The position numbers and the translations under genes were made by a program. Positions 20,021 through 31,035 of a stretch of DNA of 64,000 bases are shown one piece after another. Below the pieces are notes generated by a model. That model did not search any database. It was not told where the DNA came from and saw nothing but the letters and a program-made list of their open reading frames with translations. Every line of letters starts with the position of its first letter. The first letter of the stretch is position 1. This DNA comes from Terriglobia bacterium. Lineage in GTDB: Bacteria > Acidobacteriota > Terriglobia > Terriglobales > Acidobacteriaceae. Location of the stretch: positions 79,964-143,963 of the forward strand of contig CAWDFF010000042.1 in NCBI GenBank assembly GCA_963801545.1, written 5' to 3'.

Positions 20021-22024
20021 TTATTTCCCGTTCAACCAATTCGCATACGCGTCGAACGAATAGGGACGTCCCAGAAAATCGCGTACCAATTCTGCCGCTG
20101 GCTTAGTGCCGCTGGCTCCCAGGACGTCGTTGCGGTACTTCGCCGCGACTTCCGGATTCAGTAGCCCATTTTTCTTGAACTCGGTGAACATGTCCTTCGC
20201 AATCACCAGCGACCACATGTAGGTGTAGTAGACCGCCGAGTAGCCGTTGAGGTGGCCGAAAGCGGTCTGCATGTGCGTGCCTTCAACGAACTTGAAGGGG
20301 GTATAGCGAGTCTGCAACTCGGCTACCAGCTTGTCCTGGTCGAGGCCTTGCGGGTTGCGATTGTAGAAATCGAGGCTGATGGCGGCGTAGAACATTTGCG
20401 TGCGCACGTCCAGCGCCCGGTCGAAATCATCGGCGGCACGTGCTTTTTCGGCCAGGTCCGCGGGCAGCGGTTCGTTGGTCTTGTAGTTTCGAGCAAACAG
20501 CTTCAGGATCGCTGGATCTTTAGGCCACTCTTCGAACATCTGCGACGGCGCTTCGATGAAATCATTCTCCAGATCGCCGGTTGCCCACTTCGTGTTGCCT
20601 CGCAGGATGCCGTGGATGAGGTGTCCATACTCGTGAAAGAAGACGATGACGTCGTCGCGCTCCATCAGCCCCGGCTCGCCGGTAGCGCGGGGGAAATTGC
20701 ACACCAGAACGTATTCGGGGAGCCGGAAGCCCTGCTTGCCGGTCGCCAGATTGAAGGTGGCGTAGTGTTTGAACTTGTTTTCGCGGGGAAACATGTCGAA
20801 GTAGATCCGGCCGATGCGGTTGCCTTTATCGAAAACGTCGTACACGGTCACTTCGGGATGCCAGACTTTCGCGTCGGTCACCGGCTTATAGGTGATGCCG
20901 TACATCTGGCTGGTAATGTCGAGAATTCCCTGCAGCACTCTTGAATATTCGAAATAGGGCCGCATGACCTGTGCGTCGTATCCGAATTTTTCGATCTTGG
21001 CACCGCGCAGCAGATGGGCCACGTCCCAGGGATTCACGCTGTCCGCCTTGGGATCTTCGTGCTTCTTGTAGGCGAGCAGTTCCTGATAATCGTTTTTCGA
21101 ACCCGGCTGCGCCGCCACCGTGATTTTTTCGATGAAGCCGGCGGCGTTCTGTTCGGTCGCGACCATCTTGTCTTCGGTGATGTACGCCGCCCAGTCGGGA
21201 TATCCCAGCACGTTGGCCAGCTCATAGCGCTTTTGCATAAGTTGAGCCAGGACATCGATGTTCTTGGGATAGGCACGCTGCCGGTAGAGCGAATAGAAAG
21301 CTTTGCGGGCGGGCTCGCTGCTGGAGTAATCCATGAATGGAAAGTAGTCGGTGTTGTCGGTGGCCAGCGTAACTTTGCCGGAAGCATCGGGAGGATGCGA
21401 GCGTTTGAAATCTTCCGGCAGTCCATCCAGGTCGGAAGCGTTGACCTGAAGCTTGCGCACGTCGGCGGCAATATTTTCGTCAAACTGCTGGCCGATTTTT
21501 ACCAGCTGGTCCTGCAGGTTTCGGATCTTCTCGCGGGTAGCATCATCGCGGTCGACGCCAGCACGGTGGTAGTCACGCAGCGTGGTTTTGAAAAAATAGG
21601 TGCCCGCAGCGTCGAGCTTGGAGCCATCGAGCGACGCCAGCACGTTGTACATCTCTTTATCCAGCGAGATGTCGGTGAGCACCCGGCTGCCTTCCTGTTC
21701 GCAGACCTGGGCGGCATCGCGAAATGGCTTGGAGGGATGGACTTGCTCCGCCAGTCCGGCGCGGTTTATCGCGTCGCTGCCCACGAGCAGGGCGGTGTCG
21801 AAGGCCTGCAGCGTGGCCACGGCGTCGCGTGGCGGCTGGCTGGCTTTGAGCCCAGCGATCCGCTTCTTGGTGTCCTCGAGATCGCTGCGGCAGGACGCGA
21901 GAAACGAATCCGCCGTGCCCGCAAGGTCGCTCGCAGCGCCCGGCGTCAGGGTTTGAGCCCGGACCGCAGTGGGGATGTACGCAAGTACCAAAATGAACAG
22001 CAGCGCGACGAACCTACGATTCAT
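20021..22024 (-). CDS. M3 family metallopeptidase (Dcp/oligopeptidase-like), secreted
   Basis: HEYGH zinc motif (FFHEYGHLIHG). The signal peptide starts at MNRRFVALLFILVLAYIPTAVRAQ (ATG rc at 22022-22024). Confidence 0.85.
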   Translation of the reverse strand: MNRRFVALLFILVLAYIPTAVRAQTLTPGAASDLAGTADSFLASCRSDLEDTKKRIAGLKASQPPRDAVATLQAFDTALLVGSDAINRAGLAEQVHPSKPFRDAAQVCEQEGSRVLTDISLDKEMYNVLASLDGSKLDAAGTYFFKTTLRDYHRAGVDRDDATREKIRNLQDQLVKIGQQFDENIAADVRKLQVNASDLDGLPEDFKRSHPPDASGKVTLATDNTDYFPFMDYSSSEPARKAFYSLYRQRAYPKNIDVLAQLMQKRYELANVLGYPDWAAYITEDKMVATEQNAAGFIEKITVAAQPGSKNDYQELLAYKKHEDPKADSVNPWDVAHLLRGAKIEKFGYDAQVMRPYFEYSRVLQGILDITSQMYGITYKPVTDAKVWHPEVTVYDVFDKGNRIGRIYFDMFPRENKFKHYATFNLATGKQGFRLPEYVLVCNFPRATGEPGLMERDDVIVFFHEYGHLIHGILRGNTKWATGDLENDFIEAPSQMFEEWPKDPAILKLFARNYKTNEPLPADLAEKARAADDFDRALDVRTQMFYAAISLDFYNRNPQGLDQDKLVAELQTRYTPFKFVEGTHMQTAFGHLNGYSAVYYTYMWSLVIAKDMFTEFKKNGLLNPEVAAKYRNDVLGASGTKPAAELVRDFLGRPYSFDAYANWLNGK

Positions 22025-22230
22025 GAGTTCTCTCCAATCGATTTCCAGAAAAAAGCGAGGTGCGGTCAGTGCAGATTCCTTTACACGCAAACCGGTTAGA
22101 TTAGTGAGCCGTATGCGGCTTCGTCAAGGAAAACACACATCGTGGATGCGGGCGATAGTGGTTTTCCAATATCACAAATAACAATTGTTTCATCGGAGGT
22201 TTAGCCAACTCGCCGAAAGGAATCAGCAGG

Positions 22231-24894
22231 CTAGTCGTGCAACGGAATGCGGTAGATATTCCGCCGCGTGTTTTCGCGCGTGTAGGAGTAATGGTTCGGG
22301 GCCACGGCTGAATCAATTTGTTGCGGAATCACGATCAGCCCTTTCTCCGCCTTCAAGTCCGCCGCTGTATTGAGGCCGCCAGGAGGGAAACCTGGAATGC
22401 CGCGAGCTGGGTTCACTGGCAAGGCATAGGTATTTAAATCACCCGAAGCGCCGAAGAAGAGATAGAAAAACTTCCCACTGATGTCCCAGCGAGGTTCGCA
22501 AAGGGTGTTGCACAGCTCGGAGGGCGGACCACCATCCACGGGGTAGGCGTTGATGACAGCCTGATGTTCGGCGTCCGGTCTGTTGCCCCCGGCCACCACC
22601 CAACGGCCGTCAGGCGAGATCGCGTCCACAATGTGGATCGTGTCGGGAGTGATTTTTCGCCGGTCGGTACCATCCGGACGGGTGCGATACAGGAAATTCT
22701 GTCCATCTTCAGTGGAACGCAACACCAGGTCGCCATTGGGCAGAAAGAGCGGCGAGTCCTGGCTGGTAGCAGACGCTAATGCGCGTGGCGACGACCGGTG
22801 ATCCGTGGGCGAAAGCCACACCCGCGAGAAGCCTTTCTGATCTATCACGGAAAAAGCGACCTGCTTGTCATCTTGAGAGACGCTGTAAAATTCCATAGTG
22901 GATCCGGGCTGGACGGCGGAATCTGATACCACCCGCTCGGTTTTGCCGGAGCTCAGTTCTCGGCGCCAAATTTCGATCCCGCTATGCCCGCTCTGCATCA
23001 GGTAATAAAGCTTGCTTCCGTCGTGGGAGAAAGTAGTCCAGTAAGCGCTTCCTTCCGACGAGAGTTGACGATCCCCGCCAGCATCGTGGATCCAGATCGT
23101 GTCATCCCGGGCGCCCACCGAGGTGAGCAGCGATTTTCCGTCGGGGCTCATGGCGATGCCTTCTTCTTCCGTGGTCCCAAAGGTCACTTGTTGCGGGGAT
23201 CCGTCGGGAAACTTTTGCCGCCATATGTGGAAACGCCCTCCCTCGTTGGAAGCGACGTAGACCCATTTGCTATCGGGCGACCAGGCTCCAGCAGTACAAG
23301 TCGCCTGGGGAGGTCCCACGACCCGCGCGCCTCCGCTGCCGTCGAACGGAACCACCTGGCACGCCGCCAACTCGCCCCGATTGTCCATGGCCACCACCAG
23401 GACCCAGCGGCCATCAGGAGAAAGGTAAGAGTGATGAACCATGCTGCGTTCCCCAGGAGGAACGTAGACGTCACGGCTTTGCCCACGCGCCTCGTCGGTG
23501 GTGACCACCGCCATGTGCAGCCCTTGCTTGATCTCCGAAAAAAGAAGGTGTTTGCCACCATCGATCCAGGTAAGCGACGACGCATTTCGCAGGAGAATCT
23601 CAGGCTGCCCACCTAGGACCGGGACTACCCACGTGTCCCACGGACCAACCGTCCCGTAAGAAATGCGCGAGCCATCGGGAGAGAACACGGGACTTAGTTT
23701 AGCCACCGAATCATGCGTCAGTTGAACCGCATCCCCGGTAGGAAGCAGCTTGACGTAAATATCCCCTCGGCCAAAAAAAGGGTCGTCCCCTCGAATAAAC
23801 GCGAGCATGCGCCCGTCGGGAGAAAGCGCAGGGTACACGACGGAGTCGGTAAAAAATGTCAGCTGCTCCCAGTTGGTGGAAGTGGGCGGGGCCGCGTTCC
23901 GTCCCAGGTAGCGATAGAATCCGATGGCCGCAGCGACCAAGACCAGGACTACGAACCCTGCAACCATGCCCAACCGTAAAGAACTTCTGCGGATTGGGGG
24001 CGGCGGTGCGACGATGCCTGACTCGGTGTCACGCTTCAGCCGCTTGAGGTCGGCACGCAACTCAGCGGCGGATTGATAGCGGACCTCGCGGTCTTTCTCC
24101 AGCGCCTTGTTGATGATCTCGTCCAGCCTGAGCGGCACGTCGGGATTCACGCGTAAGGGCGGCAGCGGGGTGCGGTTCATGATGCCGTCGAAAATCACCG
24201 CCGTACTGTCCCCACGAAAAGGCAGCGCACCGGTCGCCATCTCGTACAAGACGACTCCGAACGAAAACAAATCGGTTCGTGCGTCCAGTTCTTTGGCCCG
24301 CACTTGTTCCGGGGACATATACGCGACCGTACCAAGAGTCGCACCCGGGCTGGTCAAGTGCTCCTCGGTCATGGCCGTCTCCAGGGCGATGGTTGCAGCC
24401 GATCCTGAGCCTCTGCGATCTGCCGGTGTTACTTTCGCCAGGCCGAAGTCGAGAATCTTGGCGTGACCGCGCTTAGTGACAAAAATGTTGCCGGGCTTGA
24501 TGTCGCGATGCACGATGCCTTCGGAATGCGCGGCATCCAGCGCGTCCGCAATCTCGATCGCCAGACCCAATAAAATTTCTATCTCGACCGGCCTCCCGGC
24601 GATGCGATGTTTCAGGGTCACGCCATCCAGAAATTCCATGGCAATGAACGCGTGACCGCCTTCCTCTCCGATGTCGTGAATGGTGCAGATGTTGGGATGG
24701 TTCAGCGCGGAAGCGGCCTGGGCCTCTCGCTGGAAACGGCTGAGAGCTTGGGGATCGCGGGCAACTTCATCGGGCAGAAACTTCAGAGCTACGAAGCGAT
24801 GCAGGCGAGTGTCCTCGGCCTTGTAGACAACGCCCATTCCGCCGCCGCCGAGTTTCTCGACGATGCGGTAGTGAGAAATAGTTCGCCCGATCAC
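22231..24894 (-). CDS. Ser/Thr protein kinase fused to TM segment and TolB-like PD40 beta-propeller region
   Basis: [27 protein letters not shown] and SPEQ kinase motifs. A single TM ([16 protein letters not shown]) is followed by repeated SPDG..(I/V)(A/Y) PD40-type blades. Confidence 0.9.
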   Translation of the reverse strand: MIGRTISHYRIVEKLGGGGMGVVYKAEDTRLHRFVALKFLPDEVARDPQALSRFQREAQAASALNHPNICTIHDIGEEGGHAFIAMEFLDGVTLKHRIAGRPVEIEILLGLAIEIADALDAAHSEGIVHRDIKPGNIFVTKRGHAKILDFGLAKVTPADRRGSGSAATIALETAMTEEHLTSPGATLGTVAYMSPEQVRAKELDARTDLFSFGVVLYEMATGALPFRGDSTAVIFDGIMNRTPLPPLRVNPDVPLRLDEIINKALEKDREVRYQSAAELRADLKRLKRDTESGIVAPPPPIRRSSLRLGMVAGFVVLVLVAAAIGFYRYLGRNAAPPTSTNWEQLTFFTDSVVYPALSPDGRMLAFIRGDDPFFGRGDIYVKLLPTGDAVQLTHDSVAKLSPVFSPDGSRISYGTVGPWDTWVVPVLGGQPEILLRNASSLTWIDGGKHLLFSEIKQGLHMAVVTTDEARGQSRDVYVPPGERSMVHHSYLSPDGRWVLVVAMDNRGELAACQVVPFDGSGGARVVGPPQATCTAGAWSPDSKWVYVASNEGGRFHIWRQKFPDGSPQQVTFGTTEEEGIAMSPDGKSLLTSVGARDDTIWIHDAGGDRQLSSEGSAYWTTFSHDGSKLYYLMQSGHSGIEIWRRELSSGKTERVVSDSAVQPGSTMEFYSVSQDDKQVAFSVIDQKGFSRVWLSPTDHRSSPRALASATSQDSPLFLPNGDLVLRSTEDGQNFLYRTRPDGTDRRKITPDTIHIVDAISPDGRWVVAGGNRPDAEHQAVINAYPVDGGPPSELCNTLCEPRWDISGKFFYLFFGASGDLNTYALPVNPARGIPGFPPGGLNTAADLKAEKGLIVIPQQIDSAVAPNHYSYTRENTRRNIYRIPLHD

Positions 24895-25010
24895 TGCAAA
24901 AAATGGTACGTCCGCGAAACGGGCAAGTCAACGCAGGCCGGGGATGGGTAGTGGGAAGTTTTGATTCGGCTGTCAGCTGTCAGCTCTCAGCAATGCGCCT
25001 CAAACTTAGT

Positions 25011-25172
25011 GTCATCCCGAGCAATCTTTTCTTCGCGCTGCGCGCGAAGAAAGATTGTCGAGGGACCTGGGTTTTTGCCGGGGCGAGGCTGGTGCCGATT
25101 GGGCGCAAGAACCCAGGTCCCTCGACTTGCCCTCACCGCGCAAGCGCGGCTCGGGACGGCGCTCGGGATGAC
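25011..25172. mobile_element. GTCATCCCGAGCG-type palindromic MITE-like element, copy B (inverted relative to copy A)
   Basis: Same TIRs and the same three internal palindromic modules as 9262-9419, in reverse order. Confidence 0.7.
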
Positions 25173-25228
25173 AGGAGCTTTGCTGCACTCGGACTATCTG
25201 AAGCGCTGGGATGGAGATTCTCTAGATC

Positions 25229-25744
25229 CTAATTTGCCGGACGGGTTTCGAATCCTGAAGAGTATCTTTCGGGAACGCCGCTATCGTCACATTGGCGAAT
25301 TTCCAGAATGCGCGAAGTCACGATCGGCGTGCGATACGCGGGATGGCGGAATTCGAGATGCATGCCGCGGCCCACGAAACGAATCTTCAGCATGGAGCCG
25401 CCCCAGGACGAACCTTCAATTCTGACCAGCACCGGCTCGGGACAGAATGAGGGATGGCCCCAGATCCAGGCCTCGCCTTGCCCGCAATGCACCACCGTGT
25501 ACCAGCGGTGTTGGGTCTGGATCTGCAGCGTAGTCTTGGCAGGGAGATCGTCGAGAAATGCGCCACCTTCGATTTCCGACTCGACGATATTGCGGTTCAC
25601 TCCGTCGTCGAGATTGGGATGACAGCGAAACAGCTGCGGGCAGGTGTGCACCGAGAATCCCCTTAATCTGTTTTGAGTATAAACCCGTTGTCCACGTGTG
25701 GAAACGTACCATTGGTACCAGCAACCCGGGGCGGTCAATTTCAC
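25229..25744 (-). CDS. hypothetical protein (Cys/Trp/His-rich, no recognisable family)
   Basis: 171-aa ORF with coding-like composition, divergent from the LysM transglycosylase gene. I recognise no motif. Confidence 0.45.
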   Translation of the reverse strand: MKLTAPGCWYQWYVSTRGQRVYTQNRLRGFSVHTCPQLFRCHPNLDDGVNRNIVESEIEGGAFLDDLPAKTTLQIQTQHRWYTVVHCGQGEAWIWGHPSFCPEPVLVRIEGSSWGGSMLKIRFVGRGMHLEFRHPAYRTPIVTSRILEIRQCDDSGVPERYSSGFETRPAN

Positions 25745-25928
25745 GTCAAAACTCTTGCCTGCCGGGAGCGCTCGCGAGTATCATGCCCGGCCTGTCCCTT
25801 AAGTAACGGGACGTATCCAGGTTACGCATTGACCCTTCAAATTGAAGGAGATACGATTCATAAGCCCGGTTGCCGGCACACACTCCTCGGAAGCCAAAAG
25901 GGGAAGGTAGTGTAAGTCATAGATAAAA

Positions 25929-27842
25929 ATGGGAATTAAGAAGCTCAACCTGCTGACTCTGCTGGTGACGGCTCTGGCTCTGGCCACAACGGCCTGCCAC
26001 ACCACCACGCCACGGCAGGCGAAAATCCCGGCGCCGCAAGCTAACGCGCCAGCCATAGCTCCGGTCCTGGCTCCCCTTCCCCAAGCCATAGCGGGTCCCG
26101 CGGTCGCGGATGCCCAACCTGCCCCTCAGTCCAGCCGAGATATGGTCGCCGATCTGATTATGCAGGTTGAGCGGGAATATCAGAAGGGTGAGGAACGATT
26201 CAAAGCCGGGGACCTGGAAGAGTCCAAGCAAAGTTTTGACAAGGCGGCTGACCTGCTGCTGCAAAGCCCCCCCGAAATCCGGTCGGACGAGCGGTTGCAG
26301 CATGAGCTGGAACGAGTCCTCGAAAGCGTGAACCGTCCGGAACTGGCGGCGTTGCAGGTAGACAGCGCGGGGGCCAAACAGAAGTCTGAACCCGCACCCA
26401 TTGATGAAACCAACGAAGTCACGCCGCCGGTCGATCCCAACGTCAAGGCCCAGGCAGAAGCCGAGATCCAGGGCACCCACTCAGAGTTGCCGCTCATGCT
26501 TACTGATCCGGTGGCCGCCTATATCAATTATTTTTCCAATCGGGGACACGACGTCCTGCAACATGGGCTCGAACGTGGTGGCCGTTACCGCGAAATGATC
26601 GAGAGCACGTTGCGGGAAGAGGGCGTGCCCCAGGAATTGATCTACCTGGCACAGGCCGAGTCTGGCTTCCATCCCCTGGCGCTGTCACGCGTGGGCGCAC
26701 GGGGTATGTGGCAATTCATGTCGAGCCGGGCCCGAGGTTATGGTTTGCAGCACAACTTGTGGGTGGACGAACGCCAGGATCCGGAGAAAGCAACCCGCGC
26801 CGCGGCCCACCACCTGAAAGATCTCTACAACCAGTTCGGTGACTGGTACCTGGCGATGGCCGCATACAATTCCGGACCCGGTTCGGTGCAGAGCGCGGTC
26901 AAGCGAACCGGATATGCCGACTTCTGGGAACTCTACAAGCGCAACGTGTTGCCCAAGGAGACGCGCAACTATGTGCCCATCATTCTGGCCGTTACGATCA
27001 TGGCCAAGAATCCAGCGCAATACGGGCTGGCCGACATTTCTCCCGAGCAGCCGGTTCCGTACGACACAGTGAAGATCGACTACTCGGTGGACCTGCGCCT
27101 GGTCGCCCAGTGCTTGGATATTTCACCGGCAACCCTGCAGGACCTGAATCCCAGTTTGCTGCGCTTGGCTACTCCTAAGGACGTGCCCTTCGAACTTCAC
27201 CTCCCGGTCGGAACCAGGGAGCGCTATCAGGCGGCGATCGAGCCCATCCCGTCGCCAATGCGAGTGTGGTGGCGGTATCACGAGGTGGCACAGGGGGACA
27301 CGTTAGCCTCGATTGCTCGCACCTATCGCACCAGCCAGCAGTCCATAGAGCAGGAAAATCATGTGCAGAGCGATGACCAGCTTCAGCCCGACAGCAAACT
27401 CATTATTCCGATCCCGCCGGGCAAACACGCAGCCACTGAAGACGGCGCCAGCTACGCCCGGCATGCCACTCGCTACAAGGTGCGTCACGGAGATACCGTG
27501 CAGTCGGTGGCGGACAATTTCAGCCTTCCTCCGTTAATGATTCGCCGCTGGAATCACCTGAAGGGCGACAGCTTGCGCGGACGCCGTATCGTATACGTAC
27601 ACCTGCCAGTGACCCCAAACGCCCTGACAAGTGATCAGCCGGCTGCCACTAAGTCCAAACCCAAGAATAGCTTACGCTCTTCGGATGGAAATCCGGTGCA
27701 GCATCACAAAGTGCAGCCGGGCGAGACCCTGGTATCAATTGCCACCACTCATCACACCACGGTGGCCGCCTTGAAGCGGGACAATGGCAACCTGGCCATG
27801 CTGCGGCCGGGCATGATTCTGGTGATCCGGGACGTGCGGTAG
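25929..27842 (+). CDS. lytic transglycosylase (SLT domain) with three LysM domains, lipoprotein (MltD-like)
   Basis: Lipobox LALATTAC. SLT motifs AQAESGFHP, GMWQF and AAYNSGPG. Three LysM repeats (YHEVAQGDTLASIA, YKVRHGDTVQSVA, HKVQPGETLVSIA). Confidence 0.9.
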   Translation: MGIKKLNLLTLLVTALALATTACHTTTPRQAKIPAPQANAPAIAPVLAPLPQAIAGPAVADAQPAPQSSRDMVADLIMQVEREYQKGEERFKAGDLEESKQSFDKAADLLLQSPPEIRSDERLQHELERVLESVNRPELAALQVDSAGAKQKSEPAPIDETNEVTPPVDPNVKAQAEAEIQGTHSELPLMLTDPVAAYINYFSNRGHDVLQHGLERGGRYREMIESTLREEGVPQELIYLAQAESGFHPLALSRVGARGMWQFMSSRARGYGLQHNLWVDERQDPEKATRAAAHHLKDLYNQFGDWYLAMAAYNSGPGSVQSAVKRTGYADFWELYKRNVLPKETRNYVPIILAVTIMAKNPAQYGLADISPEQPVPYDTVKIDYSVDLRLVAQCLDISPATLQDLNPSLLRLATPKDVPFELHLPVGTRERYQAAIEPIPSPMRVWWRYHEVAQGDTLASIARTYRTSQQSIEQENHVQSDDQLQPDSKLIIPIPPGKHAATEDGASYARHATRYKVRHGDTVQSVADNFSLPPLMIRRWNHLKGDSLRGRRIVYVHLPVTPNALTSDQPAATKSKPKNSLRSSDGNPVQHHKVQPGETLVSIATTHHTTVAALKRDNGNLAMLRPGMILVIRDVR

Positions 27843-27926
27843 AAGCGCTGGCTGTTGGCTTCTAGCTTCTGGTTTCTCTTCTCAATCTTCTAACCTGCAT
27901 TAGTCTCGAACAAGAAAAGGAATTTG

Positions 27927-27995
27927 GGAGGGCACGGGTTCAGCCGTGCCACCAGGAACAGGCGTATATTGGGCGGCTTCAGCCGCTGAGGGTTG
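27927..27995. repeat. double-hairpin element (GGCACGGGTTCAGCCGTGCC ... GGGCGGCTTCAGCCGCTGAGGG)
   Basis: Two GC stems with TTCAGCC loops and a CTGAGGG tail. A sibling with the same architecture lies inside mutS2 at 50845-50915. Confidence 0.65.
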
Positions 27996-28113
27996 GGCTT
28001 TGGGCGAACGAAACCGTATCATTCCCATACCGCGTTCGGCTTTCACAAAATACTTTTTGCCTCCTACTCGACATTGCCCGCTCAGTGTAATATGCAACCT
28101 GCGCACGGTCGAT

Positions 28114-28142
28114 GTGGTCCTGCGAAATCGCTGTGCTATAAT
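28114..28142 (+). promoter_or_regulatory. candidate promoter with extended -10 (TGTGCTATAAT)
   Basis: TATAAT at 28137-28142 preceded by TGn. The -35 is weak. It lies about 115 nt upstream of the H1-like gene. Confidence 0.3.
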
Positions 28143-28258
28143 CGCGCCCCGTTCGGCCAACGGATCAGTCTTTAAGTTTTCTTTTTATTTCCCTAGTACC
28201 CGCAGCGCTTGCGCAGCGGCATAGCGTCCAGTGCAGCCCAAAACCAGCAGGAGGAGAA

Positions 28259-28645
28259 ATGACTTTTGACGAAACCCTCTACGCACGTGATGACGAAACC
28301 GATGAATTTGGCGACAGCGGCGCCTACGGCGATACGCTAGAAGAAGACTACGAGGAAGAAGAGGAAGAAGAAGCCGAAGTGCCGGGCTTGATTGAGCCGC
28401 AACCGGAGCCGGCTGCACCCGCGCCAGCGGCGCCACGGCCCTCGGGTGGCGGAGATTCGCCAAAACCCGCGGCGCGTAAACCGGCGAAAAAGAAGCCGGC
28501 TGCCAAGGCTGCAAAGAAGAAGCCGGCCAAAAAGAAGAAGCCAGCGAAAAAGCCGGCAAAGAAAAAACCGGCTAAGTCCGTCAAGAAGAAGAAGCCAGCG
28601 GGCAAGGCAAAGAAATCAGCCCGCAAGGGCGGACGCCGGCGTTAG
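28259..28645 (+). CDS. histone H1-like / AlgP-like basic protein with acidic N-terminal half
   Basis: AGGAGG lies 6 nt upstream of the ATG. The N-terminus is DDETDEFGD...EEDYEEEEEEEAE and the C-terminus is KPAKKKPAAKAAKKKPAKKKKPAKKPAKKKPAK repeats. Confidence 0.75.
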   Translation: MTFDETLYARDDETDEFGDSGAYGDTLEEDYEEEEEEEAEVPGLIEPQPEPAAPAPAAPRPSGGGDSPKPAARKPAKKKPAAKAAKKKPAKKKKPAKKPAKKKPAKSVKKKKPAGKAKKSARKGGRRR

Positions 28646-28774
28646 CCGGGCCTCAGCAGCAATCGCGCCGGGCGAAAGGCAGACCGCAGAAGAGCGTGGA
28701 CTGTCTTCGCCTCCCCGCCGGGCACGAAGGCATGAACCCGGCGCGATTTCCAGCCCTGGAACAAAGCAATACCG

Positions 28775-29347
28775 CTACGCTGCCTTGGGTAGCGTCGCCG
28801 TTGCGGTGAGTCTGCGTGCAGCCACGGACATCATGATTCGAGCAACCCCGCTCATGATCAGGCTCACACCCACCAGTGTGCCGATGGCCCAAGCCGAGCT
28901 TGATGGCCATTGAACTCCGATCAGCAACGCCAGCAGCAAGGTCACCACTCCATCCAAGAGCAGCCAGGCCGATCCATGAGCCTGGCGGGCTCTGAAGTAC
29001 AGCACGATATCGAGGACGCCCTCGATCAGGAACAGCGACGCCAGCAGCAGGGTCAATGACGCCACTCCCAGCAGCGGATGCATGAGCAAGTACCCGCCGA
29101 AGAAAATGTAAGCCAGACCTACCAGCAGCTTCCAGATCAGGTTACCGGCGCCACGGGCGTGAAACGCCAGCACCAGGTGCACTACGCCGCCGAGAACGAT
29201 GAGCCACGCAATCAGTGCGCTGACGGCCACCGCCGCCAGCAGCGGTGCGCCGATCGCCAACACTCCGAAGACGACCAGCAGAACACCCCAGGCAATGGAC
29301 CACCCGGTCGCCTGCCGCAAGAGCGAGGCCGGTGATTGTAGAGCCAT
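28775..29347 (-). CDS. HdeD family acid-resistance membrane protein (DUF308 repeats)
   Basis: 190-aa ORF with six TM segments and repeated GxxxIxxG / GW-type DUF308 pattern. Confidence 0.75.
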   Translation of the reverse strand: MALQSPASLLRQATGWSIAWGVLLVVFGVLAIGAPLLAAVAVSALIAWLIVLGGVVHLVLAFHARGAGNLIWKLLVGLAYIFFGGYLLMHPLLGVASLTLLLASLFLIEGVLDIVLYFRARQAHGSAWLLLDGVVTLLLALLIGVQWPSSSAWAIGTLVGVSLIMSGVARIMMSVAARRLTATATLPKAA

Positions 29348-29485
29348 AATGTGCCTCCTTACAGTAGTCGAATCTCAGGACGGCACATTTTGCGCCTTGG
29401 ACTGGATTTGCGCAAGACGGAGGATTTGTGTGGCAAATGAAGAAAGGGACCGGCGAGCGCCGAATCGACCCGTCAGCCGTGGTCG

Positions 29486-29704
29486 CTACTTTTTGCCCGC
29501 GACTGCCTGCAGGCATTTCCCGTAAAGCTCGAGCAGGTGCGCGGCATATTCTTCCGGCTTGGCCGCGGCGCCGCTGCCCTGAAATCCCACGCCCGACGAA
29601 CTGGTCCGGCCGTAGCCCGTGGTCATGGCGACGAACTTCATGAGATCCAATGCGATGTCTTCGTTGCGGCGCGAACCGGATACTGCCGCGGGTACTTCCT
29701 CCAT
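29486..29704 (-). CDS. hypothetical small protein
   Basis: 72-aa ORF with balanced composition and no recognised motif. Confidence 0.4.
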   Translation of the reverse strand: MEEVPAAVSGSRRNEDIALDLMKFVAMTTGYGRTSSSGVGFQGSGAAAKPEEYAAHLLELYGKCLQAVAGKK

Positions 29705-29922
29705 GCTTGCCTCCTGGGGACTGGTAATCCTCGCGATTGGAGAAAAATTAATTCACTAAAAGCTGATGATAACAGAACACTTCAGCGTCGGGAGTCGGTC
29801 GGCATCGTCTCTTGGGGTGGTTCCGTGATTGAGACTTTACGTGGCACAGATCTTCTAAAGCTCCTTCTTTTCTAAAGCTCCGTCCTGAACCGCCGATGTA
29901 ATTGTGTGAGGAGAACTTTTCC

Positions 29923-30117
29923 ATGGTCAGCGCAGTGCATCACCCTGTAACACCCCATCAGGCAGAGAATGTATCGACCCAACCATTAGTCCAGTCCTCA
30001 GCGAACCGCGCCCAGGTGAAAGCAACGCAGCCGCCAGCCGCCAAGTCGCAACCGGTGCAGGATTCAGTCAAATTAAGCAGCAGCGGCGACGCCGATCGCG
30101 ACGGCGATTCGAAGTAA
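29923..30117 (+). CDS. hypothetical small secreted/unstructured protein
   Basis: GAGGAG lies upstream of the ATG at 29923 (the track start at 29902 is less likely). Gln/Pro/Ser-rich, ending SSSGDADRDGDSK. Confidence 0.4.
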   Translation: MVSAVHHPVTPHQAENVSTQPLVQSSANRAQVKATQPPAAKSQPVQDSVKLSSSGDADRDGDSK

Positions 30118-30221
30118 GCCCGGACGACAGACTTTACCTGGCCGACGCCCCCGAGGGCGCAAGCGGAGGAGGTGGATCGAGAGATCCACTTCCTTCCTTT
30201 TTCTTTTCCTTCTTCCTTCGC

Positions 30222-30912
30222 CTAATTCAGATCTGAAAGCACGGCGTAGGAAAAACCACCCGACGGGTTGTTCAGGCCCACGAAAGGTCCGAACCTGGCC
30301 CGCGCTGAAGGTGAGCGAACCGGTGTCAATGGCCACAATTTTCTGGCCAGCGAGGGTCAGGATAATGTCGTAGGAGCCGGCGGTTATGGACTGGTAACTG
30401 GTAGATGAATTAAAAGCCAGATTGCTCACCGTAGGGCTCGCCACCGTGTTGATGTCTGTTCCCGGAGCAACGATGTAAACGTCGGTCGCTCCCAGACCCG
30501 GGGAGACGTTCACCAATCGAAGATTGAAATCGCCCGAGGGCGGCGTGGAGTTGTTGTCGTTGAGGACCAGGGCGGAGATGTTGGAAGAAAAATTGGAAGC
30601 AATAACGGTGGTGTCGGAACCGGAAGCAAAAGTGACGGACTGCTGCAGCAGTGCGTTGCTCGTTCCGGAAAGCTCAATCTGAATATTGTGAGAACCGGAT
30701 TGCGTGTTTTGATATCCCGTAGTGGTGCCGTAGGCGACGTTGCTAGCCACGGCGGTACTGTCGATCAGTAAATCCAGGTTGGTGCGGTCCGGCACTGCGT
30801 TGACAAACTGGAAGCGGGTTTTTCCGCCACCGCCGCATCCTACAATCAGCAGGCTAAAGCCCAGACAGAGAATTCCGGCACACAACGGCATTACCCGCAA
30901 CAGTCGCCCCAC
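30222..30912 (-). pseudogene. DUF4397 domain lipoprotein, frameshifted near the 3' end
   Basis: Lipobox LLIVGCGGGG. After ...SAGQVRTF the track frame turns to Arg/Lys nonsense, while the adjacent frame continues VGLNNPSGGFSYAVLSDLN* (stop rc at 30222-30224). The coding strand reads ACC TTT C GTG GGC, with one extra base near 30282. Confidence 0.75.
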
Positions 30913-31035
30913 AATTCACCTCTTCTGATTAAAAAGTTGGAGTTCCTTACTGCAAACACGAAGTGATGCGCGCGGCTCGATGCGAGGTTGCCGGATCAGC
31001 GTAAAGAGTGCGTCAAGACAGGTAAAGAGTTGTAA

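Noticed and set aside
25243-25255. tRNA T-arm-like string GGGTTTCGAATCC
   Set aside because: The flanking sequence cannot form acceptor, D or anticodon stems, and the string lies inside the 25229-25744 ORF. I found no tRNA-like cloverleaf anywhere in the window.
28185-28626. Minus-strand ORFs opposite the H1-like gene
   Set aside because: They are generated by the KKPAKK-coding repeats read in reverse (Phe/Ala/Gly-rich). They have no SD, whereas the plus-strand ORF has a canonical AGGAGG-N6-ATG.
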